63,536 bases of DNA from Peptococcaceae bacterium (GCA_019415505.1 DXZC01000001.1:1-63536), one strand, 5' to 3'; counted from the first letter of the stretch, positions 22,236 through 32,582 are shown. Translations and numbers: made by a program. The notes: generated by a model from the sequence alone, not told the origin.

Positions 22236-22327
22236 TTGACCTTTTTGCTATCCCTTCGTAAAGCGTAACCAACTCAGGAACCCCAGTGGTTCCAGGAAAC
22301 GCCTGTTTTGGAATTCAATAATATTAT

Positions 22328-22356
22328 ATTATACCTTAAAAAGTATGGCATTGCAA
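22328..22356 (-). promoter_or_regulatory. sigma-A promoter of the cmk-plsC-ispH unit
   Basis: Minus sense TTGCAA-N17-TATAAT, about 90 nt upstream of the cmk start. Confidence 0.65.
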
Positions 22357-22803
22357 CTATTTTAATTTAACAATGCCCCAGAGCTTTTTACCGCCGCCCA
22401 CAGCCAGGGAATTGGGAAAGTCATCGTCCAGTTCAGCGGGGCGATCCATGAGCCGCAAAACCTCACCCTGCTTGCCGCCTACCACGCTAATTGTGTCGCC
22501 AGCGTTAGCTTTCACGCTGAGAACGCCGCCTTGGAAATCCCCCGCAATATCATCATTAATTAGCAAGGTGCAAGCTGAGGCCTGGGATTTTTCCGTCTCA
22601 AAGGTGAGGAATAAAAACATACCCTCCTCCGCCTGGTCTACAGCAGCAGTATCTGCCGACATATCCACAGCTTCCGCCCCTAGTCGCTGAGCCCGGGCTT
22701 CCTCCATGGCCTCAGGAAAGAAAAAAAAGTAAGCCTGAATGCCGAGAAAGAACAAAAAAAGCAAAAATAAACCCAGCAAAAAGATGCGTTCTATGGCTTT
22801 CAT
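22357..22803 (-). CDS. hypothetical membrane-anchored protein
   Basis: N-terminal Phe/Leu-rich TM helix followed by a roughly 100-aa soluble domain. GGAGG RBS. I recognise no family. Confidence 0.5.
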   Translation of the reverse strand: MKAIERIFLLGLFLLFLFFLGIQAYFFFFPEAMEEARAQRLGAEAVDMSADTAAVDQAEEGMFLFLTFETEKSQASACTLLINDDIAGDFQGGVLSVKANAGDTISVVGGKQGEVLRLMDRPAELDDDFPNSLAVGGGKKLWGIVKLK

Positions 22804-22811
22804 AATGGGGT

Positions 22812-22940
22812 GAACCTCCGTTCCTAAAGTCTGCGCCCCAACCGAACAGCGGAAACATTGGGCTTGCCAATAATTATTTTTCGCGTTTTCGGTTCAGGTT
22901 CTACTAAAACATTATGAATAGTATGTTTGAACGGAGGTTC
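22812..22940 (-). promoter_or_regulatory. long-range 12-bp perfect inverted repeat that can sequester the SD of the 22357-22803 gene
   Basis: GAACCTCCGTTC (22929-22940, minus sense, anti-SD) pairs with GAACGGAGGTTC (22812-23, contains the GGAGG SD). Nested complementary segments lie between them. Confidence 0.55.
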
Positions 22941-22947
22941 TTTTATT

Positions 22948-23673
22948 CTATTTTTTACGCTTCATGGCTTTAATCTCAGCTTTTTCCCCTGCTGGGACTC
23001 TATTGGATTCCACGATTTTCTGTAGAGCTTTATTATAGGTCCAATCGTCTAAATTACAATGGCTAAGATAAGCTCTGGTTTTTTTCCGCTCCTTGACATA
23101 GGCGGCGGAAATTGTCCAAGCCACAGCCATTTTCACGTAATACCCCTGGTGCCTTATGGCGTCCAGCTCCTCTAAGACCCTATCTATATATTCGCTATCC
23201 AGATAATAATCGAGCAAAGACACAATAGCAAAGCGCAAATGATACTCTTTATCACTATGCAAATATTCATTTAAAAATGTATAAAACTCCTGACGGTGCT
23301 TTTTTACCATATGTAACCCCGTAACAAAGCTATCGCACACAGCCCAATTATTAATTTTAGGCACAAAGCCCCGAATATAGGACAGCACAGTGGAAAAGTC
23401 CTCTTTAAGATAACCGATAACCAAGCCCTCGACCATTATTTCTTCATAATAATCGGCGCGGGGCTGGCGTAAAAAGCCCTTGGCGTCACCTCGGGCTATT
23501 TCCTTAGCTATCGCTCTGAGCAGGGGCAAACGTACGCCAATAATTTTATTGCTCTCCTCCACGCCGGGGACAAGGCTGCTGTTAAAGGCCCGGTATTTTT
23601 GGTCAGCCAGGGATAATAACCGCTCAGTTAAGGACTGGTAATCCTCCTCCTGCCATTTAGCCACTGTTAGCAT
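22948..23673 (-). CDS. DNA alkylation repair protein (AlkD-like HEAT-repeat family)
   Basis: 241 aa, all-helical. The pattern N-terminal xxYRAFNSSLVPG...GVRLPLLRxIAKEI and C-terminal WxxNKALQKxxES is recalled for this family. Confidence 0.7.
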   Translation of the reverse strand: MLTVAKWQEEDYQSLTERLLSLADQKYRAFNSSLVPGVEESNKIIGVRLPLLRAIAKEIARGDAKGFLRQPRADYYEEIMVEGLVIGYLKEDFSTVLSYIRGFVPKINNWAVCDSFVTGLHMVKKHRQEFYTFLNEYLHSDKEYHLRFAIVSLLDYYLDSEYIDRVLEELDAIRHQGYYVKMAVAWTISAAYVKERKKTRAYLSHCNLDDWTYNKALQKIVESNRVPAGEKAEIKAMKRKK

Positions 23674-23828
23674 ACTTTCCCTCCTCTGGTTTTTAATCTA
23701 ACCTACCATAAAATCGACTAAATTGCAAAAAATATTACGATAAAGATAATTAAAAAGTCTTGCTATTTTTTCCTTAATATGCTATGTTAACGTATATTAT
23801 TAATAATTATAAAAGAGGGGTAGAAAAA

Positions 23829-24701
23829 ATGAAAAAATTATTATCCATTCTGCTTATCTGTTGCCTGGCCTTCGCCCTTGTCGCCTGCGGCGGCGACACT
23901 ACCGAAGAAAGCGACGCCAACAACGAAGCAACCACAACCGCTAACGGCCAAACCTTAGAGGACATTAAAGCTGCCGGCGAAATTGTCATGTTCACCAATG
24001 CTGAATTCCCGCCCTTTGAATATCGGGACGACAGCAATGAAATAGCAGGGGTGGACGTGGAAATAGCCCAAGAAATCGCCAAGGATATCGGCGTGAAATT
24101 AGTTGTTGAGGACGTAAACTTCGATAGTATTGTAGCCTCCATACAGTCGGGCAAAGCAGCTTTTGGCGCCGCCGGTATGACTGTAACTGAGGAACGTGAA
24201 CAGCAGGTCGATTTTTCCCTAAAATATGTCAGCTCCAAACAATTTGTTATTTTACCCGAAGGAGCCACCCTGGAAACTATTGAGGACTTAAACGGCAAGA
24301 CTATTGGCGTACAAAGCGGCACCACCGGCGACTTTATTGTTACCGACGCTATTGAAGGCACAGAAGACGCTGATCCCATTATTCCCGATAGTGAAGTAAA
24401 GGGTTATACCTCCGCGATTTTAGCCGCCCAAGATTTGCTTTCCGGCCGTCTTGACGCTGTGGTTATCGACAGATTGCCGGCGGAAAATATTGCCGCTGCC
24501 AATACTGACGCTGGCCTTACTACCGTAGAATTAATGTATGCTGATGGCAGCGATACAACAGAAGAATACGCTATTTGCGTACAAAAAGGCAACACTGAAT
24601 TACTGGATTCCATCAATGCCACCCTGCAAAGACTCATTGACGAAGGCGCCATTGACCAGTATATTGTCGAACATTCTGAAGCCGGCGCTGTCAGTGAATA
24701 A
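23829..24701 (+). CDS. amino-acid ABC transporter substrate-binding lipoprotein
   Basis: Signal peptide with lipobox LVACGG and a family-3 SBP body. ATG at 23829 follows an AGAGGGG RBS. Confidence 0.85.
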   Translation: MKKLLSILLICCLAFALVACGGDTTEESDANNEATTTANGQTLEDIKAAGEIVMFTNAEFPPFEYRDDSNEIAGVDVEIAQEIAKDIGVKLVVEDVNFDSIVASIQSGKAAFGAAGMTVTEEREQQVDFSLKYVSSKQFVILPEGATLETIEDLNGKTIGVQSGTTGDFIVTDAIEGTEDADPIIPDSEVKGYTSAILAAQDLLSGRLDAVVIDRLPAENIAAANTDAGLTTVELMYADGSDTTEEYAICVQKGNTELLDSINATLQRLIDEGAIDQYIVEHSEAGAVSE

Positions 24702-24775
24702 GGCGTAAAAGTTTAAACAATTATTGAGGGCGCTAGCAAAGCAGTCCTCTAACCCAAGTAAACAGGGAAAATTAG

Positions 24776-24813
24776 GGTCTGAACCAGGAAAAACCAATTT
24801 TCCGGTTCAGACC
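24776..24813 (+). promoter_or_regulatory. intra-operon stem-loop between the SBP and permease genes
   Basis: GGTCTGAACC...GGTTCAGACC, a perfect 10-bp stem with an inner GGAAAA/TTTTCC extension and no T-tract. Confidence 0.6.
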
Positions 24814-24962
24814 TTAGTTGCGCCCAGCAATGGTTAATTCCAACCCCCTGGCCTCTGGGGTAAAAAATAAGGCCAAAAAAACTAGGCTTTCCAGAAGAAT
24901 TTTAGGATTATTTTGGAAAGCTTAAGTCTCAGTAAGCTACAGAAGTATAGGGGGAGGTTTTT

Positions 24963-25661
24963 ATGAATTTCTTTGAGAATATTTACAACAGCCTTTATTC
25001 TACCTTTGTGGTAGCAGGGCGTTGGCATATGTTTTTGGAGGGATTAGCCAACACCCTGAAAATCGCGGCAGTTGCCACGCTTATAGGGATAGCTATTGGC
25101 GTAACCATAGCGATTATTAGGGTTTACCACAAGCAATCAGGTCGGCTTTTCCTGCTGGATAAAATATGCGGCCTATATCTAACAATTATCCGGGGCACCC
25201 CAGTTTTGGTGCAGTTACTGATTATGTACTATATAGTTTTTAGTAATGTGCGTAACGGTATCCCCGTAGCCATGCTGGCCTTTGGCATTAATTCCGGGGC
25301 CTATGTGGCGGAAATCGTGCGGGCCGGCATAAACGCGGTAGACCGGGGCCAAACAGAGGCGGGTCGCTCCCTGGGCCTCAACGGCGCCAGTACCATGAAA
25401 TCAATTGTGCTGCCCCAGGCTATTAAAAATATCCTACCCGCCTTGGGCAATGAATTTATCGTCCTATTAAAGGAAACCTCCATTGTGGGTTATATAGCCA
25501 TTGTGGATTTGACTAAGGCCGGAGATATCGTGAGAAGCCGTACCTATGACGCTTTCGGTTCCCTGATACCGGTGGCCTGTATGTACCTTATCCTCGTTAT
25601 CGGTTTACAGACCATCTTAAAGGTAGTAGAAAGGAGGTTAGCCAAGAGTGATAGACGTTAA
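24963..25661 (+). CDS. amino-acid ABC transporter permease (His/Glu/Gln/Arg type)
   Basis: EAGRSLGL...ILPQA EAA-loop motif; 5 TM helices. Confidence 0.9.
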   Translation: MNFFENIYNSLYSTFVVAGRWHMFLEGLANTLKIAAVATLIGIAIGVTIAIIRVYHKQSGRLFLLDKICGLYLTIIRGTPVLVQLLIMYYIVFSNVRNGIPVAMLAFGINSGAYVAEIVRAGINAVDRGQTEAGRSLGLNGASTMKSIVLPQAIKNILPALGNEFIVLLKETSIVGYIAIVDLTKAGDIVRSRTYDAFGSLIPVACMYLILVIGLQTILKVVERRLAKSDRR

Positions 25662-26370
25662 AAATTTGCATAAAAGCTTTGGGGAACATCAAGTGTTACA
25701 AGGTATAAACCAAAATATCAAAAAAGGCGAAAAAGTGGTTATTATCGGGCCTTCCGGTTCCGGTAAGTCTACCTTTTTACGCTGTCTCAACTTATTGGAG
25801 ACCCCCACGTCCGGGGAAATTTGGTTTGAAGGCCAACTCATAACCGATAAAAAGACCGATATTAATAAGGTACGGCAAAAAATGGGCATGGTTTTTCAGA
25901 ATTTTAATCTCTTTCCCCACAAAACAGTGCGGGAAAACATAACCCTGGCGCCGATAAAATTAAAAGTCTATAGTAAAGAGGAAGCCAACCAAGTAGCGGC
26001 GGACTTGCTGCTCAGGGTCGGCCTGCCGGAAAAAATAGACGCTTATCCCAGTAGTCTTTCGGGGGGACAAAAGCAAAGAGTAGCCATAGTGAGGGCCTTG
26101 GCTATGGACCCTGACGTTATGCTCTTTGACGAACCCACCAGCGCTCTGGACCCAGAAATGATTGGGGAGGTGCTGGACGTTATGAAGGAATTGGCCCAAG
26201 AGGGCATGACAATGGCGGTTGTTACCCATGAAATGGGCTTTGCCAGGGAAGTTGGCACCAGAATACTGTTTATGGATGAAGGCCAAATTTTAGAGGAAAA
26301 CACTCCCAACGAATTTTTCGATAATCCTCAACACCCCCGTTCCCAGGAATTCCTCTCCAAAATACTGTAA
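25648..26370 (+). CDS. amino-acid ABC transporter ATP-binding protein
   Basis: [24 protein letters not shown] and [13 protein letters not shown] motifs. Confidence 0.95.
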   Translation: MIDVKNLHKSFGEHQVLQGINQNIKKGEKVVIIGPSGSGKSTFLRCLNLLETPTSGEIWFEGQLITDKKTDINKVRQKMGMVFQNFNLFPHKTVRENITLAPIKLKVYSKEEANQVAADLLLRVGLPEKIDAYPSSLSGGQKQRVAIVRALAMDPDVMLFDEPTSALDPEMIGEVLDVMKELAQEGMTMAVVTHEMGFAREVGTRILFMDEGQILEENTPNEFFDNPQHPRSQEFLSKIL

Positions 26371-26593
26371 GCTTGCGGTATGTAAAAATTTACAGCAGTA
26401 GCGCCGGCAACTGGCTATTTAACTCTATTTCCGGCATCAGCAAAGCTGCTTTAAATATAAATCACCAGGGAGCGCACACTCACTGCTTTATTGAGGAAGA
26501 TACTAAAATTCGTCACCAAACTGGTACTTAAACAAAACCACTACAAATAAACTTTTACAATCTAGACAATTACAAAAAAATGAGGAGAAAACT

Positions 26594-27712
26594 ATGAAAA
26601 AGCAACTAACTCTCATCATCGTACTTGCCGCCACCCTTTTAATGCTGAGCTTTGGGGCTTCAGCCGGGGAATTAAGGGACAAGGGCGACGCCCAGACGCA
26701 ACTGCCGCCTACAAACGGCCAAGCAATGCTTAACGCCATAGGGGAAAAGGCCCCGGCTGTAGGAGAAAGGGGCAAGGCAGACAACCAAGGTACGGAACAA
26801 GGTTTTGCCGCTACCTCAGCAGCAACCAATTTTACTGACATACAGAACCACTGGGCCAAAGTAAATATTGAATATGTGGTAAATTTGGGCCTGTTTAACG
26901 GTACTAGCGCCAACCGGTTTGAACCCAACGCCAAAATGACCAGGGCCATGTTTGTTACCGTTTTAGGACGGCTATATGGTGTGGACCCTAATGCCTATGG
27001 CGGCTCCTCGTTTAAGGACGTGGCAACGGGAAAATGGTACTCGCCTTACATACAATGGGCCTCAGATCCGGAAGTTGGCCTGGTCAACGGCTTTGGCGAT
27101 GGCACCTTCCAACCCCAGGCCAATATCACCAGGGAACAAATGGCCACCCTGATTTACCGTTATTGTTCCTATGCTGGTCTAAGTATGCAAATTGTCTCTG
27201 ACTTTTATTATTTTAACGATGAGCTTTTAATTAATGAATATGCTTTTGACGGCGTAACCTATTGCCAGATTACAGGCCTAATTAATGGTAAAAATAACAA
27301 TATGTTCGATCCTAAAGGGAACTCTACCAGAGCGGAAGTAGCCACTGTGCTGGCTAGGTTGGTTAAGGCCAGCCAGGGACAACGCATTTACCTGAATTAC
27401 GGCGACACTGGCGTACCCACCTATAGTTCCGTAGTTTTACAACCCTGCATAGGTACAATTTATCCTCAGGGCGAAATTATTGAAGAATACGATTTAAACG
27501 GCGTAGGTTTTTACTATACTTATAATGCGAATGATTTAGCAGTTTATCGGAGTTACCTGACCCAACAAGGCTTTAATTATATAAGCGAAGAAAAAGAAGG
27601 AGATATTATAATCCATTTTTATAATAAGGGTAATATAGTGCTCGGCATTGCTATTTATCCCGCTGAAAATGTTATCATGGTGGTTCCTGACCTCAACAAA
27701 ATACCGGTATAA
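26594..27712 (+). CDS. secreted protein with three SLH domains and an uncharacterised C-terminal domain
   Basis: Signal peptide followed by three SLH repeats (FTDIQNHWA..., FKDVATGKWY..., FNDELLINEYA...). Confidence 0.8.
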   Translation: MKKQLTLIIVLAATLLMLSFGASAGELRDKGDAQTQLPPTNGQAMLNAIGEKAPAVGERGKADNQGTEQGFAATSAATNFTDIQNHWAKVNIEYVVNLGLFNGTSANRFEPNAKMTRAMFVTVLGRLYGVDPNAYGGSSFKDVATGKWYSPYIQWASDPEVGLVNGFGDGTFQPQANITREQMATLIYRYCSYAGLSMQIVSDFYYFNDELLINEYAFDGVTYCQITGLINGKNNNMFDPKGNSTRAEVATVLARLVKASQGQRIYLNYGDTGVPTYSSVVLQPCIGTIYPQGEIIEEYDLNGVGFYYTYNANDLAVYRSYLTQQGFNYISEEKEGDIIIHFYNKGNIVLGIAIYPAENVIMVVPDLNKIPV

Positions 27713-27718
27713 AAACAA

Positions 27719-27758
27719 ACCCGCCGTAACCCTTCTAGAGGTTACGGCGGGGTTTTTA
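27719..27758. terminator. bidirectional terminator between the SLH gene (+) and htrA (-)
   Basis: CCCGCCGTAAC-10 nt-GTTACGGCGGG flanked by an A-run and a T-run. Confidence 0.8.
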
Positions 27759-27776
27759 TCTCAACGGCTCATGCCC

Positions 27777-29345
27777 TTATCTTTGTGCTCCGGTATTTTC
27801 ATTTTCCGCTAACTCCACTTTCACAGTTCCTGTATCACCGCTTTGCATACGGTAATAGGAAAGTTCTACAGTATCGCCGGGAGAGTAATTATTCTTTTCC
27901 GCATTCAACTGGGATATGCTGGCTATTTCCACGCCATTAATGGCGGTAATAATATCTCCAATCTGGATGCCGCTTTTAGCGGCAGCGCTATTTTCCTCAA
28001 TATAAGTTACATAAACGCCGGTCGGTACGTTATTGTAAGCCGCGGTGGCCTCGTCGATATCCTGGCCGCCAATGCCAATCATGGGACGGCCGCTAACATA
28101 GCCGTTTTCTATTAGTTCGTTTACAATGGGCAAAGCGTCGTTAATGGGAATGGCAAAGCCCATACCTTCAGCTACAGAGGAGCTTATCTTGGCTGAGTTT
28201 ACGCCAATAATTAAGCCTTCCGAGTCAACTAAGGGGCCGCCGGAATTACCGGAATTAATCGCCGCGTTGGTTTGAATATAATTCATAACCGCGGAGCCCA
28301 TGTCCACTTCACGGTCAAGGCCGGAGATTATACCAGTAGTAACGGAACCGGCAAAATCCAAACCCAGGGGATTGCCAATAGCGACTACATCCTCACCCAC
28401 TTCTAAGGCGTCGGAATCGCCAAACTCCGCCACAGTCAAGCCGGTGGCTTCTATTTTAATTACCGCTAAATCCGTTTGCTCGTCAATACCTACAGCCGTG
28501 GCAGGGTGTTCCGTACCGTCGCTGAGAGTCGCCACTAAATTGCTCATACCGCTTACCACATGGGCGTTGGTCATTATATAACCATCTTCAGTTATTATAA
28601 TACCTGTGCCCACCCCCTGGTTTTGACCGGACTGACCGGTAATTCCCACCACAGCGGGGGCTACTTTATTATTAATCTCGGAAACGCTGAGTTCATTGCC
28701 AGTGGCGGCGGTTTGCTGCACAGTCTGGGGAGTTTGTTCCTCAGTGTTATTAGCGGTTGAAGCTGTATTTTTATCTTCAAAGAAGGTCGAATAAATGCCA
28801 ATAGAACTAAAGGCTATCATCACAGCCGCCGCTAAACCGGCGCAAGCCATACCGATTTTTTTGCCGGTTTTACGCCGCTTTTTCTTTACCGGAGGGGTCT
28901 GCTCCGGTTCAACAGCAGACCGATAATAAGTCTCAGCGGCGGCAAAATCAGAATAATCATTACTGTAAGACGGCTCCTGGCTTTCACCTCTGTAAGCGTA
29001 AGGGGATTGGGGCGTTTCCTGAGGCGCTGCCTGGGTTGCTTCCGGAATTTTTTCCTGAAGCACTTCCGGGTTAGCTGCCTGAGTTACTTCCTGAAGCACT
29101 TCCGGGTTCGCTCCCTGGGACACAGGGGACATCTTATCACTGGGTATTATATACTCGCCATTTTCATTAACCTGATAATTTACAGCGGTTTGGGGAATAT
29201 CGCTAATAAAGGATTCGCTCTTTACCGTATCTTCCCCGTCAGCCACGGCATCTCCCGCCGCCATTGGGTCCTGCGGAAGTTCCCGCTCTTTTGAGTCTTG
29301 CTCGTCTTGCGGATAGCTCTTAAAATAATCTCTTTCGTCTTTCAT
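27777..29345 (-). CDS. HtrA/DegP-family serine protease with PDZ domain and a long disordered N-terminal region
   Basis: TNAHV, DLAVIK and GNSGGPL catalytic-triad contexts; one TM helix; C-terminal PDZ domain. Confidence 0.87.
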   Translation of the reverse strand: MKDERDYFKSYPQDEQDSKERELPQDPMAAGDAVADGEDTVKSESFISDIPQTAVNYQVNENGEYIIPSDKMSPVSQGANPEVLQEVTQAANPEVLQEKIPEATQAAPQETPQSPYAYRGESQEPSYSNDYSDFAAAETYYRSAVEPEQTPPVKKKRRKTGKKIGMACAGLAAAVMIAFSSIGIYSTFFEDKNTASTANNTEEQTPQTVQQTAATGNELSVSEINNKVAPAVVGITGQSGQNQGVGTGIIITEDGYIMTNAHVVSGMSNLVATLSDGTEHPATAVGIDEQTDLAVIKIEATGLTVAEFGDSDALEVGEDVVAIGNPLGLDFAGSVTTGIISGLDREVDMGSAVMNYIQTNAAINSGNSGGPLVDSEGLIIGVNSAKISSSVAEGMGFAIPINDALPIVNELIENGYVSGRPMIGIGGQDIDEATAAYNNVPTGVYVTYIEENSAAAKSGIQIGDIITAINGVEIASISQLNAEKNNYSPGDTVELSYYRMQSGDTGTVKVELAENENTGAQR

Positions 29346-29465
29346 ATACTCAACCTCCTCGGTACTACCTGATTTATGTATTTAGTCTAACCTGCTAATT
29401 TGGTGTCGCAAGGAAGTACATATGTAAATACTGTGAACTTAACATGAATAATGCGCTACCTTATA

Positions 29466-29494
29466 TTGCAGCCTCTATTTAATTATGCTATAAT
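29466..29494 (+). promoter_or_regulatory. sigma-A promoter of the GNAT gene
   Basis: TTGCAG-N17-TATAAT with a TGc extended -10. Confidence 0.6.
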
Positions 29495-29535
29495 TTTTAC
29501 TGTATTATACTAAGGAAACGGAGAATTAACCGACA

Positions 29536-30009
29536 ATGGATATTTGCCGTGGCACAAACAATGATTTACAGGCCATATTACAGCTTTACCAGCAATTACA
29601 CCCCCAAGAAGATAGCGAGGTAACGCCGGAACGGCAAAGAGCCTTTGCCAAAATACTGGCTAATGACGATAATTACCTTATGGTGGCGAAGGACGAGGAC
29701 AAGATAATCGCCACAGCCCATTTGACGATCCTTAATAATCTCAGCCGCAACGGCCGACCGGCGGCTTATGTGGAAAATGTGGTCGTGGACCGTCAGTACC
29801 GGAGCCAGGGTGTTGGCGAGGAGCTTTTGGCCCACCTCAACAAATTGGCGGCGGAAAATAATTGTTATAAAATTTTCCTCTGCACCGGCACCATCAACAA
29901 CGCTGAACGGGATAAGGATAGGGAAAAAAGGCACCGCTTTTACAGGAAAACCGGTCTGCAAGACGGCATTAAACACGCCTTTGTGCGTTATTTAGATAAA
30001 AACATCTAA
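29536..30009 (+). CDS. GNAT-family N-acetyltransferase
   Basis: Acetyl-CoA motif A: VVVDRQYRSQGVGEELL. Confidence 0.8.
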   Translation: MDICRGTNNDLQAILQLYQQLHPQEDSEVTPERQRAFAKILANDDNYLMVAKDEDKIIATAHLTILNNLSRNGRPAAYVENVVVDRQYRSQGVGEELLAHLNKLAAENNCYKIFLCTGTINNAERDKDREKRHRFYRKTGLQDGIKHAFVRYLDKNI

Positions 30010-30112
30010 TAAGGACAAGTTAACGGTCAAAAATATATAATTTATGAGGCATTTTACTAAGTAATACTTGTTAAAATGAGAACAAGCGGGAATACTGGAA
30101 AGTAAGGCAAAC

Positions 30113-30151
30113 AATCGGGGATAGAATGAGGACATTTTATCCCCGATTTTT
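30113..30151 (+). terminator. rho-independent terminator between the GNAT and chrA genes
   Basis: AATCGGGGATA-14 nt-TATCCCCGATT followed by TTTT. Confidence 0.7.
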
Positions 30152-30166
30152 GAGAATATTATTATC

Positions 30167-30700
30167 ATGACATTATTTAATATCTTTAGTACATATTTGA
30201 AAGTAGGGTTTTTAGCCTTTGGCGGCGGCTACGCTATGCTGCCAATCTTGGAGAAGGAATTCGTCGTTAGACGCCAATGGCTGACAGACGCTGAATTATT
30301 GGCGGATTTTGCCATTGCTAATTCCCTGCCGGGCATTATAGCGGTAAACACCGCCACTTTTTTGGGCTACCGTTTAAAGGGCATAAAGGGCGGCCTAGTG
30401 GCGGCTTTAGGGATGATTATACCATCGATTTTAATAATTACCATCATAGCGGCGTTTTTCCAAAACTTTGCCGATATACCCTGGGTACAGCGGGCCTTTC
30501 ACGGCTTAAATATCGCGATTATTGTTTTGCTGGTGGATACAATAGTAAAAATGTGGCGGCGGGGCATTAGGGATATTGTAACCTTTATAATCTTTGCCGC
30601 GGTAATAATCACCTACCTTCTCACCGGGCTTAACCCTGTTATTTTCGTTATCTTAGGGGCGATAGCCGGTTTGACCCTGGCGGGAAGGAGGCAAAAATGA
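30167..30700 (+). CDS. chromate transporter, short-chain CHR family (subunit 1)
   Basis: GFLAFGGGYAMLP motif. Paired with an overlapping second half-size gene. Confidence 0.8.
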   Translation: MTLFNIFSTYLKVGFLAFGGGYAMLPILEKEFVVRRQWLTDAELLADFAIANSLPGIIAVNTATFLGYRLKGIKGGLVAALGMIIPSILIITIIAAFFQNFADIPWVQRAFHGLNIAIIVLLVDTIVKMWRRGIRDIVTFIIFAAVIITYLLTGLNPVIFVILGAIAGLTLAGRRQK

Positions 30701-31242
30701 CTTATTTGCTGCTCTTTTGGGAATTCTTTAAGACCGGTCTTTTCGCCATTGGCGGCGGTTACGCCACCCTGCCCTTCCTTACGGCAATCAGCGACAATTA
30801 CGGCTGGTACAGCCATAGCCAATTAGCTAATTTAATCGCCATTTCCGAGGTTACGCCCGGCCCTATAGGGGTGAATATGGCTACTTTTGCTGGTTATATC
30901 ACCACAGGCGTGGTAGGGGGAATTGTTGCCACTATAGCTTTAATTTTACCTGCTTTAATCATTATTCTGTCACTCTCCCACTTTGTACCTAATTACCGGG
31001 AAAAACCGGTGGTGCAAAATATACTATACGGCATCCTCCCTGTGGCTCTCGGCCTTTTGGCTGCCGCAGGCTGGCAGCTATTTAACTTAGCTTTACTGAG
31101 CTTTACTGAATTATCTACCACCATTTGGGCTTGGGCTCTTTTTGCTATTTTGCTTGTTATTGCCTTGCCCAAATGGCCCATAAAAATCAGCCCCCTTTGG
31201 CTGTTGCTCATAGGCGGCATTTGGGGCTTTTTATTCCTTTGA
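30697..31242 (+). CDS. chromate transporter, short-chain CHR family (subunit 2)
   Basis: GLFAIGGGYATLP motif; 4-nt overlap with the upstream paralogue. Confidence 0.8.
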   Translation: MTYLLLFWEFFKTGLFAIGGGYATLPFLTAISDNYGWYSHSQLANLIAISEVTPGPIGVNMATFAGYITTGVVGGIVATIALILPALIIILSLSHFVPNYREKPVVQNILYGILPVALGLLAAAGWQLFNLALLSFTELSTTIWAWALFAILLVIALPKWPIKISPLWLLLIGGIWGFLFL

Positions 31243-31262
31243 GATTTGAGAGGTGATAAACT

Positions 31263-32558
31263 ATGACGTTACAGGGTCTGGCTCTAGGCGGCGGGGGCGC
31301 CAGGGGCAGCTACGAAATTGGGGTTTGGCAAGGATTAAAGGAAGTGGGCTGGGAAGCCCAGATAGTTACAGGCACCTCTGTAGGAGCTTTAAACGGCGCC
31401 CTCATCGCCCAGGGAAATTATGACGTCAGCAAGGAGCTATGGCTGACTATTGAAACTGAAAAGATAATCCAAATGGAGAACGGCCAGAGCCCGGATGAAG
31501 CGGCTAAGCTGTTAAAAACAGCCGAAACCTACCTTAAATCTATGTCCGGTGAGGAAAAAGGCCTGAATACCGCGCCCCTCGGCATTCTCATAGATAATTA
31601 TATAGATGAAAAAAAGGTAAGAAGCAGTAAAATTGACTTTGGCCTCGTCACTAATTTATGGGAAGCCCCCAAGCTAACGCCTTTAGAATTATTTTTGGAG
31701 GATATTCCCCGGGGTTATTTAGCTGACTATCTTCTCGCCTCCTCCTCGCTTTTTCCAGCTCTACAGGCCCATGTTATAGACGGCAAGAGCTATGTGGACG
31801 GCGGTTACTATGACAACGTACCCATAAATATGGCCCTTAAACGGGGGGCAAATTTAGTCCTGGCAGTGGATTTAGACGCTGTAGGCTTTAGTAAAGAGCC
31901 CCAAACTACCCCGGACCAAGAGGTACGCAGAATTAAACCCTATTGGGACTTAGGCCCGGTACTCAATTTTAACCGTAAAACAGCGGCCCGCAATATTAAG
32001 CTGGGCTATTTAGATACCCTTAAAGCTTTTGGCAAGGCTAAGGGTTGTTATTTCACCTTCTCTCCAGAGGCTTTTACTCCAACGCCAAGCCTAGAACGGC
32101 TAGAGCAAATAAAGGAATTAATAAGTAGGGAGGAAAAGGGCTTTTTACAAAACTTAGCCACGGAAAGCATTACCAAAAGCGTGGAACGAAAATACCGTGG
32201 CTCCCTCAAGGTTGACAAGGACCTCTGGCAAATTTGCGCCGAATGCGCCGGCGAGGTATTCAAGGTGGACCCGGAAAAAGTATACGGGGAAGCTCAATTC
32301 ATCGCGGCTGTAAACAGTCGGGTTCAAGAGTATAAACTCCAAGCCAAAATATACGATAATTTTGGTTTCAGCAAAGGACAAAGCCTCAAAAAGAAGCTAA
32401 AATTTGCCGACGCCCCCGGTAAGGCTTTGCTCCTTGACAAGTATCTAGAGGATAGCCTGGCTGCCCAGGCTGCAACTGTCCGGGAAGCGGCAGCCCTGGT
32501 TTTCCCCACGGAATTTTTTGCCGCCGCATTCCTGCGAGTAGCTAATATTACAAGCTAA
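31263..32558 (+). CDS. patatin-like phospholipase with an uncharacterised C-terminal extension of about 230 aa
   Basis: Oxyanion GGGGARG, nucleophile elbow GTSVG and catalytic DGG. Confidence 0.85.
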   Translation: MTLQGLALGGGGARGSYEIGVWQGLKEVGWEAQIVTGTSVGALNGALIAQGNYDVSKELWLTIETEKIIQMENGQSPDEAAKLLKTAETYLKSMSGEEKGLNTAPLGILIDNYIDEKKVRSSKIDFGLVTNLWEAPKLTPLELFLEDIPRGYLADYLLASSSLFPALQAHVIDGKSYVDGGYYDNVPINMALKRGANLVLAVDLDAVGFSKEPQTTPDQEVRRIKPYWDLGPVLNFNRKTAARNIKLGYLDTLKAFGKAKGCYFTFSPEAFTPTPSLERLEQIKELISREEKGFLQNLATESITKSVERKYRGSLKVDKDLWQICAECAGEVFKVDPEKVYGEAQFIAAVNSRVQEYKLQAKIYDNFGFSKGQSLKKKLKFADAPGKALLLDKYLEDSLAAQAATVREAAALVFPTEFFAAAFLRVANITS

Positions 32559-32582
32559 AACAATATAGGTGACGAGAAAACA

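Noticed and set aside
29040-29115. A 36-nt direct duplication inside htrA (encoding ANPEVLQE twice) as a regulatory repeat.
   Set aside because: It is in-frame within the disordered N-terminal region of the protease and is simply a small coding duplication.
30167-31242. Split chrA as a pseudogene or frameshift.
   Set aside because: Both halves are full-length short-chain CHR proteins, each with its own GGGYA(M/T)LP motif, and they share a 4-nt overlap typical of translational coupling. This matches the known two-gene CHR arrangement (as in B. subtilis YwrA/YwrB).
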